Assembly: GCA_050253415.1 (NCBI GenBank)
Contig: JBFWJC010000007.1
Location: forward strand, 32,001-96,000
Source of the DNA: Pedobacter sp.
GTDB taxonomy: Bacteria > Desulfobacterota > Desulfuromonadia > Desulfuromonadales > Syntrophotaleaceae
Direction: 5' to 3'
Length of the DNA: 64,000 nucleotides
Shown: positions 30,395 through 41,380 of the stretch, piece by piece
Position numbering within the stretch: the stretch's first letter is position 1
Layout: each line of letters starts with the position of its first letter
Position numbers and translations under genes: made by a program
Notes under the pieces: generated by a model
The model's input: the letters and a program-made list of their open reading frames with translations, nothing else
The model's database searches: none
Told to the model about the DNA's origin: nothing

Positions 30395-32118
30395 TTATTT
30401 GCTATGGTTTTGGAATCCTGGCTAAAGGTACGTACGGCGCGGGCAATGGCCGTAGCGGCATGGTCCTGATATTTTGAACTACCCAGTCGACTTTCCTCGG
30501 TTTTGTTACTGATAAACGCAGATTCAACCAGGACCGAGGGCATATTGGCTCCCAATAAAACATAAAACGGCCCTTGGCGCACCCCATGATTTTTGACGTT
30601 GGAATAGTGCCGCCCGAGGTGGTCTACCAGGGACTTTTGTATTTCAGCGGCCAACCGGCTTGACTCATTAATTTTGGCATTGGCCATAAGATCAAACAGA
30701 ATAAGTTCCAGGTCACCTACTTCCTTGAGAGAGGTGCCGTTTTCCCTGGCTGCCACAGCAGCAGCCTTGTCGTTTTTTGAAAAATTAAGGTAATAGGTTT
30801 CTATGCCCTGCGCATTACGGTTATTGCTCGCATTGGCATGCACCGATATGAACAAATCGGCACCAACCCTGTTCGCAATGGCGGTTCGTTCTTCCAGCGG
30901 CAGGAAAATATCCCTGTCACGGGTAAGTACCACCTGACAACCCAATTCATTTTCCAGACGAACCGCTAGCCGCTTTGCCATGGCGAGGGTAACATCTTTT
31001 TCCAAAACGCCACTGGGCCCAATGGCCCCCGGATCCTTGCCTCCATGTCCGGCATCAACCACAATGCGCCGCAAGTTCCCTGGCCGCGTGGCTGTCGGCA
31101 GGGTAACCTTCAAGGATTTCTCTTCCGGGGTTTTTTCCAGCACTTTAGCAATGGCGTCCCCGGAACCGGCAACCGGCGCATGCAATTCAGGTTTTGCCGC
31201 CTGCAAGGTAGTCGTCTGTTCCCCAGAAACATCTATAACGATACGCTGTGGATTTTCGAGAGCAAATACCTTGTAATCCTTGAAGGTTTCGAGATCGAGA
31301 ACGACGCGGACCATATCTTTGGCGGGGGTTCCGACCCTTATGCTTTGCAGCAAACCATCGGCAACCTTGGTGGTAGCAGGGACCTGTTCTGCTATCAATC
31401 CGGCCTTAATATCGACATAAAGACGCGGCTGTTGACCTTTTTCGGCACCCAGCAGATGCACCGAGTAACCGGCCGGGCTAGATAATTCGACAACCACCCG
31501 GGTATACCCCGGGCTTGACCAGGAGCGAACCTGACTGACTTCGCCCGCCCGCGAAGACGTACGCACGACAGAAGTCGATGCGGGTTGGCTTGCAACCACA
31601 TTTTTGGGCGCATGAGCCCTTAAGCGCTGTTCGCCTTGACGACACAGAGACACCATATCGCCCTGCGGGTACTTGTCGACGACCTGCTTGTAGCGCACAT
31701 AGGCGCCAGATCGGTCCTCAAGACTTCGCTCCAGAATCAATCCGGCCAAGTAGCCGGCATCGTCCGCCAAATTACTTGCCGGATAACGGCTGACCAAGCG
31801 ATCATAAAACTCCACAGCCTGTTGCGCATCGGCCTTACGCCTGGAAATAGCAAACAATCCTTCGGAGGCTTTCCCTCCGAGATACATGCTGTCGACCGCC
31901 CTGGCATGCCCTGAATAATCCTGGACAAACCCCTCGAATCCGTTAATCACCCGAACCCAATTCTCGCGATAAAGTTTGTTTTTGGATGAATTCTGCAACT
32001 GCTGATAGGCTGATTTGGCGCGGAAAAAAGCTTGATCACCAGCATCTGCAGCAGCGGATACTGGCAGTACATGCATCAGAATAAGGAAAATTCCAAACAA
32101 AAATCGCAAAGGCATCAT
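30391..32118 (-). CDS. N-acetylmuramoyl-L-alanine amidase with TPR-like and AMIN domains
   Basis: VDAGHGGKDPGA, FISVHAN, PSVLVE; signal peptide. Confidence 0.9.
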   Translation of the reverse strand: MMPLRFLFGIFLILMHVLPVSAAADAGDQAFFRAKSAYQQLQNSSKNKLYRENWVRVINGFEGFVQDYSGHARAVDSMYLGGKASEGLFAISRRKADAQQAVEFYDRLVSRYPASNLADDAGYLAGLILERSLEDRSGAYVRYKQVVDKYPQGDMVSLCRQGEQRLRAHAPKNVVASQPASTSVVRTSSRAGEVSQVRSWSSPGYTRVVVELSSPAGYSVHLLGAEKGQQPRLYVDIKAGLIAEQVPATTKVADGLLQSIRVGTPAKDMVRVVLDLETFKDYKVFALENPQRIVIDVSGEQTTTLQAAKPELHAPVAGSGDAIAKVLEKTPEEKSLKVTLPTATRPGNLRRIVVDAGHGGKDPGAIGPSGVLEKDVTLAMAKRLAVRLENELGCQVVLTRDRDIFLPLEERTAIANRVGADLFISVHANASNNRNAQGIETYYLNFSKNDKAAAVAARENGTSLKEVGDLELILFDLMANAKINESSRLAAEIQKSLVDHLGRHYSNVKNHGVRQGPFYVLLGANMPSVLVESAFISNKTEESRLGSSKYQDHAATAIARAVRTFSQDSKTIANK

Positions 32119-32121
32119 TCG

Positions 32122-34734
32122 TCAGACCATTTTTTGAAGTTCATGGAGGAAATTGAGTCCCTCAAGGGGTGAAATAACCGAGATATCAAGATCGGTTAAT
32201 CGTTGCCGAATCGGGTCGGGCGCTGCATCGAATAGCGACATCTGGGGATTCGGCCTGAGTTTATTACCGCTTGCGCGTTGCGCCAGTCGCGGCTGCCCCT
32301 CTGCCATCAGTTCGCCGGATTCAAGATTGGCCAGGATTTCCTTGGCCCGATCGATAACGGCCACAGGTAAACCTGCCAGGCGGGCAACCTGAATACCGTA
32401 AGAATGACTGGCTGGACCCTTAACGATTTTGCGAAGAAAGATAATTTGCTCATTCCATTCCCGCACCGCGATATTGAGGTTTTTCACCCGATTGCAGGTT
32501 AATATCAAGTCGGTAAGCTCATGATAGTGGGTAGCAAAAAGGGTCTTGGCCGCCACATGTCCATTGTCGTGCAGATACTCGGCCACCGCCCAGGCGATAC
32601 TGATCCCGTCAAAAGTCGAGGTGCCGCGACCAATTTCATCGAGCACGATAAGGCTGCGGGCCGTGGCATGATTAAGAATATGCGCTGCTTCGGTCATTTC
32701 AACCATAAAGGTCGATTGCCCCTGTGCCAGGTTGTCGCTGGCCCCGACACGGGTGAAAATCCGGTCGATCAAACCGATATGGGCGGAGCGCGCCGGCACC
32801 AGGCTGCCCATGTGTGCCATCAGGGTGATCAGTGCCACCTGCCGCATAAAAGTCGACTTGCCGGCCATATTGGGTCCGGTGATAACCATGATCTGGTTTT
32901 CCGTGCAATCCATCTCTACATCGTTGGGCACGAAATGCTCACCGAGATTCATGGCTTCGATAACCGGATGGCGCCCATCGCGGATTTCAAGCCGGTCGCT
33001 GTTATCCATAACCGGACAAACATAATCCCGGCTATGCGCCACATCCGCCAGGGATAAGATAACATCCAGCTCCGCCAGGGCATCGGCCGTCTTCTGCACG
33101 CGCGCGCCCTGACCGGCAACCTGTTCGCGGACAGACTGGAAAAGCTCGAATTCCAGATCGAAAAGCCGATCCTCGGCCCCCAGCACCTTCTCTTCGTATT
33201 CCTTCAGTTGCGGAGTGAAAAACCGCTCCGCATTGGCCAGGGTCTGCTTGCGCTGATAATCATCGGGCACCCGACCCAGATGAGAGCGCGTGACTTCGAT
33301 GTAATAACCAAACACCTTGTTGAATCGGACTTTAAGTGAACCTATACCGGTACGTTCGCGCTCATCAGCTTCAAGTCGGGCAATATAGGCCTTTCCATTG
33401 CGGCGAATATCCCTCAGTTCGTCAAGTTCGGGATGGTAACCATCGCGCATCAAGCCGCCTTCACGCAACACGAATGGCGGATCATCGACGACGGCACGGG
33501 CAATCAGCTCGGCCACATCGGTCAGCGGGTCGATACGGGCGATGAAATCAGCGATCAGCGGTGTGGTAAGTTCGCCAAGGCGCTGCAGAATAGAAGGAAG
33601 TTGCTCGAAGGACTTACGCAGGGCGACCAGATCCTTGGCATTGGCATGCCCCATTACAATTTTACTGTTCAAACGTTCCAGATCATATACGCCGTCGAGG
33701 TCACTGCGAAGATCAGCGCGCAACAGACTATGGGTAACCAGCTCCTGCACCGTAGCATGGCGCCGACGTATCGCCTCCACCTCGACCAGCGGATGATGAA
33801 TCCACTGGCGTATCTTTCTTCCGCCCATGGCTGTCACGGTGCGATCAAGCACTCCCAGCAACGAACCGCGACGTCCGCCATCCTGCAAGGTAGCGGTCAA
33901 CTCCAAATTGCGGCGGGTACTGTTATCCAGCACCATGTAATCGCGACTGTGATACGTCACCAGAGGACGAATGTGGCCGGCCACGCCTTTTTGGGTCTGC
34001 TCTACGTAATACAATACCGCACCGGCCGCGCGAACAGCTTCAGGCAGCGAGGCACAGCCGAAACTTTCAAGTGAGCCGCAGTTGAAAAATGCCTGCAAAC
34101 GCTGTCCGGAAGGCTCCACATCGCAAACCCAATCCGGCACTGAATTAATAAGCCAATCTCCGTAGCAACCTTTCAAAAGTTGCTCAAGAGACGGTTGCGA
34201 ATCTTCAGCCACAAGGATCTCGCGCGGCTGCAACGATACCAGTTCACTTCGTGCGGCCTCGCCCCCCTCAACCTGGGTGACACGAAATTCGCCGGTGGTA
34301 ATATCCAGCACCGCAACACCGCAAACACCTTCGGAGGATAAAGCCACCGCAGCCAGAAAATTATTTTCCTTGGGAACCAGGGTGTCGGTGTCGACCACCA
34401 GGCCAGGCGTAACAACCCGCACGACTTCGCGCTTGACGATCCCTTTGGCCTGTTTAGGGTCTTCGACCTGCTCACAAATGGCAACCTTGTGTCCGGCTTC
34501 CACCAACCGCGCCACGTAAGTCTGGCAACTGTGGTACGGAATGCCGCACAAGGGAACCTCCTCGGCGGCGCCTTTATTGCGGCATGTCAGGGTAATGTCG
34601 AGAATCCGCGAAGCGGTAACGGCATCCTCCATGAACATCTCGTAAAAATCGCCAAGACGAAAAAACAGGATGGCATCGGGATATTGCGCCTTTATTTCCA
34701 TATACTGGCGCATCATGGGGGTCAACTGACTCAT
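32122..34734 (-). CDS. mutS: DNA mismatch repair protein MutS
   Basis: [42 protein letters not shown]. Confidence 0.97.
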   Translation of the reverse strand: MSQLTPMMRQYMEIKAQYPDAILFFRLGDFYEMFMEDAVTASRILDITLTCRNKGAAEEVPLCGIPYHSCQTYVARLVEAGHKVAICEQVEDPKQAKGIVKREVVRVVTPGLVVDTDTLVPKENNFLAAVALSSEGVCGVAVLDITTGEFRVTQVEGGEAARSELVSLQPREILVAEDSQPSLEQLLKGCYGDWLINSVPDWVCDVEPSGQRLQAFFNCGSLESFGCASLPEAVRAAGAVLYYVEQTQKGVAGHIRPLVTYHSRDYMVLDNSTRRNLELTATLQDGGRRGSLLGVLDRTVTAMGGRKIRQWIHHPLVEVEAIRRRHATVQELVTHSLLRADLRSDLDGVYDLERLNSKIVMGHANAKDLVALRKSFEQLPSILQRLGELTTPLIADFIARIDPLTDVAELIARAVVDDPPFVLREGGLMRDGYHPELDELRDIRRNGKAYIARLEADERERTGIGSLKVRFNKVFGYYIEVTRSHLGRVPDDYQRKQTLANAERFFTPQLKEYEEKVLGAEDRLFDLEFELFQSVREQVAGQGARVQKTADALAELDVILSLADVAHSRDYVCPVMDNSDRLEIRDGRHPVIEAMNLGEHFVPNDVEMDCTENQIMVITGPNMAGKSTFMRQVALITLMAHMGSLVPARSAHIGLIDRIFTRVGASDNLAQGQSTFMVEMTEAAHILNHATARSLIVLDEIGRGTSTFDGISIAWAVAEYLHDNGHVAAKTLFATHYHELTDLILTCNRVKNLNIAVREWNEQIIFLRKIVKGPASHSYGIQVARLAGLPVAVIDRAKEILANLESGELMAEGQPRLAQRASGNKLRPNPQMSLFDAAPDPIRQRLTDLDISVISPLEGLNFLHELQKMV

Positions 34735-35347
34735 AGGGCTTTATAATTCCTGCTACTTTCGGCCGATTCCTGCACCGAATGGAAAATGGTTTAAAATAAC
34801 GGTGATGTTAACAAACCACAGGAATTATGTAAATATGGATGACCGTCTTTCCTGTCCAACAGCACAACCGTTTGGCTCTCATCCTGAAAACGTATGAAAC
34901 CCAATCTTTTATCTGCAGATGCCAACGAATAAAAGCAGGGTTACCGCAAAGCTCGCTGAGACCGCAAAGTTAAACCAGCGGGACATCCAGGTTATCGCAC
35001 CTGACTCCGCGTGTTTGGCGGTGAATATCCAGAAATACCATTCTTGTCAGACACATGCATAATGCATGTAACTTCATTACTCCTTCAAAAAGCACGGGCT
35101 GCTTTTAAGGAGCTTGCTCTTCGCGTAAAAATGTTATTTCACTTCGGGTAAGGATATCGGCTAAATTTGTTCAATCTATCACTACGGGCGCCCTGCTGAG
35201 CAATTTGATTAATAGTTACCCGCATAGAAATCGCGAGCTCGATTTTCTATGCCATTTATGCTAACTTTCGGCGCAATGGTGACACCAACAAAATTCTAAT
35301 CTTATCCCGGATCAGTTTTCCGATACCGATCCCGCTGAATTTAAATT

Positions 35348-36292
35348 ATGCAAACTACATCGAAACGCAAAATCCGCGCAGCGCGAATCTCCATGGCCAC
35401 GGCCACCTGTCTTACGCTGCTGAAACTTGTCACCGGCCTCATGACCGGCTCCATGGCGGTACTGTCCTCGGCCATCGACTCACTGCTTGACATCGTCATG
35501 TCCGTGGCCAATTTTCTGGCTATTCGCCAGGCGGAACAACCACCGGACACCAAACATCCATTCGGGCATGGAAAATTCGAAACCATAGCCACCATCGTCC
35601 AGGCCCTGGCCATCGGGCTTTCTGGAGGATGGGTCTGCTACGAGTCGGTGCGTCGCCTGCTGACAGGCGTTACCCTCGGAAAACTGGAAGGCGGCATGGC
35701 GGTGCTGGCATTCAGCGCTCTGGTCTCCTGGAAGATAGGTCGCTTTTTGGTCCACACCGCTCGCGAAACAGAATCGACCGCTCTTAAAGCCGACTCCCTG
35801 CACTTTTCCATGGATGTCTACACCAACCTCGCCCTGCTGGCAGGTTTGGTCGCTATTCGCGTATTTAATCTCGCGTGGCTCGATCCTGCACTATCGATTG
35901 TCGTAGCTCTGTATATTTTTTACCAGGCGTTCGGTCTGTTTCGATATGGATTGCGGGACATCCTTGACGAGCGGTTGCCTGAAACTATCCGCGAGGAAAT
36001 AGCCACCATCCTCGAACAACATCGCGGCAAACTACTTGGCTACCACCGCCTGCGTACCCGAAGAGCCGGTTCACAAAAGCTTATCGATTTTCACCTTACC
36101 CTGTGTAAATACCTGTCGGTCGAAGAGGCTCATGATATCGCCGATCACCTCGAAACACACATGAAGGAAAAGATCGGACGCGCCGATATCACCATCCATG
36201 TGGAACCCTGCCCGTTTGAAACCTGCCCGGGACGCCACAAATGTCCTGGTGATTTCCCCTTCAACAAAGAAACACCCAAATCCACCCAATAA
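35348..36292 (+). CDS. Cation diffusion facilitator transporter (FieF-like)
   Basis: DSLLD, HPFGHGKFE, ADSLHFSMD, HDIAD, IHVEP. Confidence 0.92.
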   Translation: MQTTSKRKIRAARISMATATCLTLLKLVTGLMTGSMAVLSSAIDSLLDIVMSVANFLAIRQAEQPPDTKHPFGHGKFETIATIVQALAIGLSGGWVCYESVRRLLTGVTLGKLEGGMAVLAFSALVSWKIGRFLVHTARETESTALKADSLHFSMDVYTNLALLAGLVAIRVFNLAWLDPALSIVVALYIFYQAFGLFRYGLRDILDERLPETIREEIATILEQHRGKLLGYHRLRTRRAGSQKLIDFHLTLCKYLSVEEAHDIADHLETHMKEKIGRADITIHVEPCPFETCPGRHKCPGDFPFNKETPKSTQ

Positions 36293-36318
36293 AAAAGAGG
36301 CGCTTAACAGCGCCTCTT
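36291..36318. terminator. Hairpin/terminator after the CDF gene
   Basis: AAGAGGCGCT-TAAC-AGCGCCTCTT; the U-tract is better on the minus strand. Confidence 0.55.
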
Positions 36319-36452
36319 CGGTCTGCCCTGAAAACCCTTTTATGAATTATATTTTTTTGCAATGAATCACTGTTCCCCGGTAAAATCCCGTAAGGATTTT
36401 GCCTTGCATATCTGAAAGGTACCTATCACTTCCTTTTATCATGTAAATTCCC

Positions 36453-36481
36453 TTGCTATATCCGGAAAAACGGATTAAGTT
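36453..36481 (+). promoter_or_regulatory. Sigma70 promoter of arsR with inverted-repeat operator in the spacer
   Basis: TTGCTA-17 bp-TAAGTT enclosing ATCCG-N6-CGGAT (36460-36475). Confidence 0.6.
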
Positions 36482-36488
36482 TTCAAGT

Positions 36489-36827
36489 ATGAAAAAAGAA
36501 ACAAATCTCTTCAAGGCATTAGCTCACCAGACACGTCTGCAGATCCTTTGCCTGCTGCTCGAGGGGGAAGTGTGTGTCTGCAAAATCATGGCTATCCTTG
36601 AACTGCCGCAATCAACGGCGTCTCGCCATTTGGGCATCCTGAAAAACGCTCGACTGGTGGAAGATCGCCGCGACGGAACCTGGGCACACTATTCTCTTGC
36701 AAAGGGTCAAAACGTCCTAACCGACCAACTTCTGGAAGTGCTGCGGGAGCATCTGCCACACACCAAAGAGGGTATCAGGGATCGCCAAAGGCTCTTGGCC
36801 ATTTTGCAAAAACGAAATTGCGCCTGA
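36489..36827 (+). CDS. arsR: ArsR/SmtB family transcriptional repressor
   Basis: FKALAHQTRLQIL, EVCVC, QSTASRHL, RRDGTWAHY. Confidence 0.9.
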   Translation: MKKETNLFKALAHQTRLQILCLLLEGEVCVCKIMAILELPQSTASRHLGILKNARLVEDRRDGTWAHYSLAKGQNVLTDQLLEVLREHLPHTKEGIRDRQRLLAILQKRNCA

Positions 36828-36909
36828 TTTTTTTATCGGATGCATCTGCAATTCCGGATACATGGATATACTTCAGGGGTGATCATTTCTTACCCCCAGG
36901 GAGAGATGT

Positions 36910-37113
36910 ATGGATAAAAAAACCTTGGAGTTGATCGCCATTGGGGCTTCGGTGGCTTCCGGCTGCATTCCCTGCCTGGAATACCACGTCAAAGCGGCAA
37001 GTGAGGCGGGGGCCAGTCATGCAGATTTGGCCACAGCGGTCAAAATAGGGAAAAAGGTTCGACAAGCGCCCATGGACAAAATGGATCAGAAATGTGAAGA
37101 GCTCGATATTTGA
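36910..37113 (+). CDS. Small carboxymuconolactone decarboxylase/AhpD-like protein
   Basis: ELIAIGASVASGCIPCLEYH (CxxC...H); GGGAG RBS. Confidence 0.8.
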   Translation: MDKKTLELIAIGASVASGCIPCLEYHVKAASEAGASHADLATAVKIGKKVRQAPMDKMDQKCEELDI

Positions 37114-37276
37114 AAACTGTGTTCCCTGGTCCACAACAAAAATTCAGCTACCGTCGCATATTTTTAAATGGAGTGTCTGACTGACGAATCAGACCGGCGT
37201 CCTCATTCAAATTGCGTACTACTGACGATTCGACACCTATAAGCAAAGTGGATTCCAGGAAAAGGAAGGTGAAACG

Positions 37277-38674
37277 ATGGATCGACCGCATGACCAGAAA
37301 GAAAAGACACCGCAGGAAATTCTTCGGAACGTTATGCAATTGTGTGCCGACTGTGATACCTGTCGCACCATGATGGAGGAGGATTGCGCCTTTTTCATCG
37401 AACTCTATCGGCTTGTCGACCAGGAACAGGAAGAAGGCGTCCCGATCAGCGAATCGCAACTTCGCTATCTGACCGAACTTTGCACCCTCTGCGGTTTGTG
37501 CCCTTGCCCGAAAGTTCCCATGGATGTGATGGAGGCCAAGGCCCGCTATATTGAGAAAGAAGGGATGCCCCTTGCGACCCGCCTGCTCAACGATGTTCCG
37601 CGCATGGCCCGACTGTGCGGAACATTTCCCCGTCTGGTCAAGGCCATGCAGTCGAACAGTGTCCTCGGCCCGCTGCTGCGCAAAGCGACCCGTATCCATC
37701 CCGAACGGCAATTGCCCTCTTTTCCCAAACAAAATTTCTTCCAGTGGGCGTCACGTCAGGGCCTCGACCAACGCCAAGAAGGTGAAAATCAGGTTGCCTA
37801 CTTCGCAGGCTGCACCGCTGGATACCTGTTCCCCCAGATCGGGCGAAGCGTGGTAGAGATTCTGCAGCACAATGGCGCATCGGTTTACGTACCACCACAG
37901 CAGTGTTGCGGAATGCCTTATCTGGTGGAGGGTGACCGGGAACGTACCCTGCAATTGGCACAAACCAACATGCAACATCTGCTCGAAACGGTTCGCGCCG
38001 GCGATGACCTTATCTATTCCTGCCCCACCTGTGGTTTTTTCCTGAAAAAACTGCTTAAGGACAGAGCTTATTATTCCGACGCGTTCCAGAAGTCGGTCAA
38101 CGCCGCAGAGGGTGAATTAAAGGTTCCCGCACCCGAAAAAGGCGAGAACCAATTCTGGCACCTTAAAAAATTAATGTATCACGGCATCCTGAAAGACGAT
38201 GGATACTTTGCTTCTATCGATCCCATGGACCGAATCCATCTATCTGATCATCTTTTCGATTTCGGTTTTTACCTTTCACGCCTTCATGCACAAGGACAAC
38301 TCGTTACCGACTTTAAGCCTGTACCTGAACGCATGGCCTATTTTGCCCCCTGCCACCTGCGAGAGCAAAAAATGGGACGTCCTTATCTCGACCTGCTGAA
38401 GCTGATTCCAGGATTGGACATCGAATCGGTCGGCAGCGATTACGACTGTTGCGGAATGGGAGGAATCTTTGGATTCAAGGATCATTTTCACCAAAAGTCC
38501 ATGGATCTGGGAGAGCCTCTGATGAAAAAGTTTCGTGCTTTTAACCCGCAGGCCATCGTCACCGACTGCATGAGTTGCCGCCTGCAGTTTAATCACTGCC
38601 TGCCCTATCCTGTTTATCATCCGGTTGAAGTGCTTGCCATGGCGTATAAGGGTGACGCATCCCAAAAAAAATAA
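37277..38674 (+). CDS. Fe-S oxidoreductase with two CCG domains (GlpC/HdrD-like)
   Basis: CADCDTC, CTLCGLCPCP, FAGC, QCCGMP, CPTC, APCH, DCCGMGG, DCMSC. Confidence 0.85.
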   Translation: MDRPHDQKEKTPQEILRNVMQLCADCDTCRTMMEEDCAFFIELYRLVDQEQEEGVPISESQLRYLTELCTLCGLCPCPKVPMDVMEAKARYIEKEGMPLATRLLNDVPRMARLCGTFPRLVKAMQSNSVLGPLLRKATRIHPERQLPSFPKQNFFQWASRQGLDQRQEGENQVAYFAGCTAGYLFPQIGRSVVEILQHNGASVYVPPQQCCGMPYLVEGDRERTLQLAQTNMQHLLETVRAGDDLIYSCPTCGFFLKKLLKDRAYYSDAFQKSVNAAEGELKVPAPEKGENQFWHLKKLMYHGILKDDGYFASIDPMDRIHLSDHLFDFGFYLSRLHAQGQLVTDFKPVPERMAYFAPCHLREQKMGRPYLDLLKLIPGLDIESVGSDYDCCGMGGIFGFKDHFHQKSMDLGEPLMKKFRAFNPQAIVTDCMSCRLQFNHCLPYPVYHPVEVLAMAYKGDASQKK

Positions 38675-38771
38675 TCGCCGGAAATGTAAAAGAAGACCGG
38701 GATGAACTGAAACTATCTGTTTTTCTCTAACAGAGCAGGTCCCGGTGTTAAAATTCGAAGGAGCACCACCC

Positions 38772-39833
38772 ATGGACAACCAAACCTGCGCAACCCCGGA
38801 GTCAGAAAGCACTACCCGTAAAACTTTTATAGGCATCCGGTTCGGCCTGTTCCTGACCGCATGGTTCATGCTTTACCAGCAGCTGCTAACCCTGTCTCGG
38901 TTTATCACTTATGATCTCATACAGCTGAGAGCGGATTCACACCTTGGGTCAGCGGTGGAATTCTTCTTGTATGACACACCCAAGGTATTAATGTTGCTGA
39001 TACTTGTGGTGTTCGGGGTCGGTATCTTGCGCAGCTTTATTACTCCGGAGCTGACCCGTAAAATCCTTGCCGGGCGACGGGAAACCACCGGCAATGTACT
39101 GGCCGCACTGCTCGGTGTGGTAACCCCCTTCTGTTCCTGCTCGGCGGTCCCCCTGTTTATCGGGTTCGTCACGGCCGGCATACCGTTGGGCGTAACCTTC
39201 TCTTTCCTCATCTCGGCCCCCATGGTCAATGAAATAGCCTTGGTTCTGCTGTTCGGAATGTTAGGTTGGAAAGTTGCCGCGCTCTATTTTATTACCGGAA
39301 TTCTTATCGCCACTGTGGCCGGTTGGACTATCGGCCGCTTAAAACTCGAGAATCATGTGGAAGACTGGGTGAGGGAAATGCAGGTCAACCAGGCAGCCAT
39401 GCCTGACAACGCTCTGTCGTGGGAAGAACGTATCAGCTTCGGCATCGATGCGGTACGGGATATTGTCGGCAGGGTGTGGCTTTACGTCATCATCGGCATT
39501 CTGGTTGGAGCGGCCATACACGGATTCGTACCGGAGAATTTCATGGCCGGCATCATGGGCAAGAGCGCCTGGTGGTCGGTACCCGTCTCGGTGCTGATCG
39601 GCATCCCCATGTATACCAACGCCGCCGGCATGATCCCTGTGGTGGAGGCACTGCTTGGTAAAGGCGCCGCATTGGGCACCGTACTGGCATTCATGATGAG
39701 CGTTATCGCTCTGTCCTTTCCGGAGATGGTCATTTTACGCAAAGTGCTCAAGCCGAAGCTCATTGCAACGTTTATCGCAGTGGTCGGAACAGGCATTCTG
39801 ATTGTCGGCTACCTGTTCAATCTTGTCATTTAA
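38772..39833 (+). CDS. arsP: ArsP-family (DUF318) permease
   Basis: TPFCSCSAVP, ISAPMVNE, GAAIHG, ALSFPEM. Confidence 0.85.
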   Translation: MDNQTCATPESESTTRKTFIGIRFGLFLTAWFMLYQQLLTLSRFITYDLIQLRADSHLGSAVEFFLYDTPKVLMLLILVVFGVGILRSFITPELTRKILAGRRETTGNVLAALLGVVTPFCSCSAVPLFIGFVTAGIPLGVTFSFLISAPMVNEIALVLLFGMLGWKVAALYFITGILIATVAGWTIGRLKLENHVEDWVREMQVNQAAMPDNALSWEERISFGIDAVRDIVGRVWLYVIIGILVGAAIHGFVPENFMAGIMGKSAWWSVPVSVLIGIPMYTNAAGMIPVVEALLGKGAALGTVLAFMMSVIALSFPEMVILRKVLKPKLIATFIAVVGTGILIVGYLFNLVI

Positions 39834-39851
39834 AGGAAAAAGGAGATGGTC

Positions 39852-40085
39852 ATGAAAATTCAGATTCTGGGTACCGGATGCGCCAAATGCCAGAAACTGG
39901 CCAAGCACGCCGAAGCTGCCGCGCAGGAACTGCAACTGGATTATGAGCTGTCAAAGATCACCGATATCAAGCAGATAGCCGGCTTCGGGGTCATGATGAC
40001 ACCGGCTCTGGCCATAGACGGGCAAGTCAAACTGTCAGGGAAAGTCCCCTCGGTCGATGAGCTCAAACGCATATTGACGGCCTGA
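39852..40085 (+). CDS. Small thioredoxin-like redox-active disulfide protein (MTH895/ArsE-like)
   Basis: ILGTGCAKC, GVMMTPALAIDG. Confidence 0.88.
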   Translation: MKIQILGTGCAKCQKLAKHAEAAAQELQLDYELSKITDIKQIAGFGVMMTPALAIDGQVKLSGKVPSVDELKRILTA

Positions 40086-40122
40086 ACTTTCGAATTTTAT
40101 ATTTTACCAACGAGGCTTTTTC

Positions 40123-40602
40123 ATGAAATTCACCGCCATTCTGAAAAAACATTGCCTTTGTTTCAGCGTTGCCGTACTTTTCGGATTGGGCATTCAGTCC
40201 ATTGCCTGCGCCGCGCAGGCGGTACATACCAATGCCCCACAAGCTGCTACCCTTCCGCAGCAACGGATCAAAACCGTAGTCTACTACTTTCACGGCAACA
40301 TGCGATGCTCTTCCTGCAAAAAAATCGAAGCCTACACCAGGGAGGCTATCCAATCCGGCTTTGCCGAAGCATTGAAGAATGGCAACCTGGAATTGAAAGT
40401 GATCAACGTGGAAGAGTCCGGCAATGACCATTACGTAGAAGATTTCCAGCTGTATAGCCGTTCGGTGGTTCTGGAAAGGCGGTCGGGAAACAAGCAGCAA
40501 GAGTGGAAGAATCTCGATCAGGTCTGGAGTCTTATCCGCAACAAAACGGCCTTTATGCAGTATATCCAGGAACAAACCCTTGCCATGATAAAAGGGGGCT
40601 GA
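40123..40602 (+). CDS. Exported thioredoxin-like protein, ArsF-like
   Basis: Signal peptide; YYFHGNMRCSSC, EWKNLDQVW. Confidence 0.75.
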   Translation: MKFTAILKKHCLCFSVAVLFGLGIQSIACAAQAVHTNAPQAATLPQQRIKTVVYYFHGNMRCSSCKKIEAYTREAIQSGFAEALKNGNLELKVINVEESGNDHYVEDFQLYSRSVVLERRSGNKQQEWKNLDQVWSLIRNKTAFMQYIQEQTLAMIKGG

Positions 40603-40604
40603 GC

Positions 40605-41297
40605 ATGCACGAGTATGGCATTGCCATCGCCTCGGCCTTCTGGTTTGGCGTGCTAACCTCCATCAGCCCCTGTCCTCTGGCCACCAACATCGTTGCCATC
40701 TCTTTCGTCGGGCGACGTGTGGACAACCCACGGCAGGTTTTTTCCGCAGGACTGCTCTACACATCAGGCCGCAGCCTGGCCTATCTGGCACTGGGTTGTC
40801 TACTGGTGTCAAGCGTGCTTTCCGCCCCCTTCTTAGCCCATGCCCTGCAGAAATATATGAATCGCGCCCTGGGTCCGATTCTTATTCTGGTGGGACTGAT
40901 CTTATTGGGAGTTGTCTCTTTCAGTTTTCCCGTTACCGGTTTTGGCGACAGGCTTCTAAAACGGGCCGAAGCAATGGGCGTCTGGGGGGCTGGTCTTCTT
41001 GGAATTCTGTTCGCCCTGTCCTTCTGTCCAACTTCGGCAGCGCTGTTTTTCGGAAGTCTTCTACCCTTGGCTCTACATCAAAAATCCGGGCTGTTACTGC
41101 CGGGGGTTTACGGAATCGCCACCGGCCTGCCCGTACTGTTCTTCGCAGTATTGATTGCCCTGGGTGCCAACAGGGTCGGTATGGCCTTCAATCGCATTCA
41201 GGTGTTTGAACGCTGGGCAAGACGGGTTACCGGTACATTGTTCATATTGATAGGTGGGTATTATTGTCTGGCTACTTTCTGGGGTATTTCATTATGA
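40605..41297 (+). CDS. CcdA/DsbD-like membrane protein, ArsG-like
   Basis: LTSISPCPLATNI, ALSFCPTSAALFF; about 6 TM helices. Confidence 0.8.
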   Translation: MHEYGIAIASAFWFGVLTSISPCPLATNIVAISFVGRRVDNPRQVFSAGLLYTSGRSLAYLALGCLLVSSVLSAPFLAHALQKYMNRALGPILILVGLILLGVVSFSFPVTGFGDRLLKRAEAMGVWGAGLLGILFALSFCPTSAALFFGSLLPLALHQKSGLLLPGVYGIATGLPVLFFAVLIALGANRVGMAFNRIQVFERWARRVTGTLFILIGGYYCLATFWGISL

Positions 41298-41380
41298 CTT
41301 TTCCAAAAGAATAAAAGACATTCGACCGGGAAAAGTTCCTGACTGTTTGTGCCTTGGTTTCTGCTCTAACCACATTCTGA

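Noticed and set aside
35075..35255. Hairpins upstream of the CDF gene as a metal or fluoride riboswitch
   Set aside because: Inverted repeats exist (35080-35112, 35222-35252) but no conserved riboswitch motifs were recognised
37111..37167. Selenocysteine read-through of the CMD gene TGA
   Set aside because: TGA is not at a redox-motif position and the downstream TGTG/CACA hairpin is too weak for a SECIS call
37170..37250. Two CTGACGA motifs resembling a hammerhead core
   Set aside because: No GAAA core partner or three-stem arrangement found
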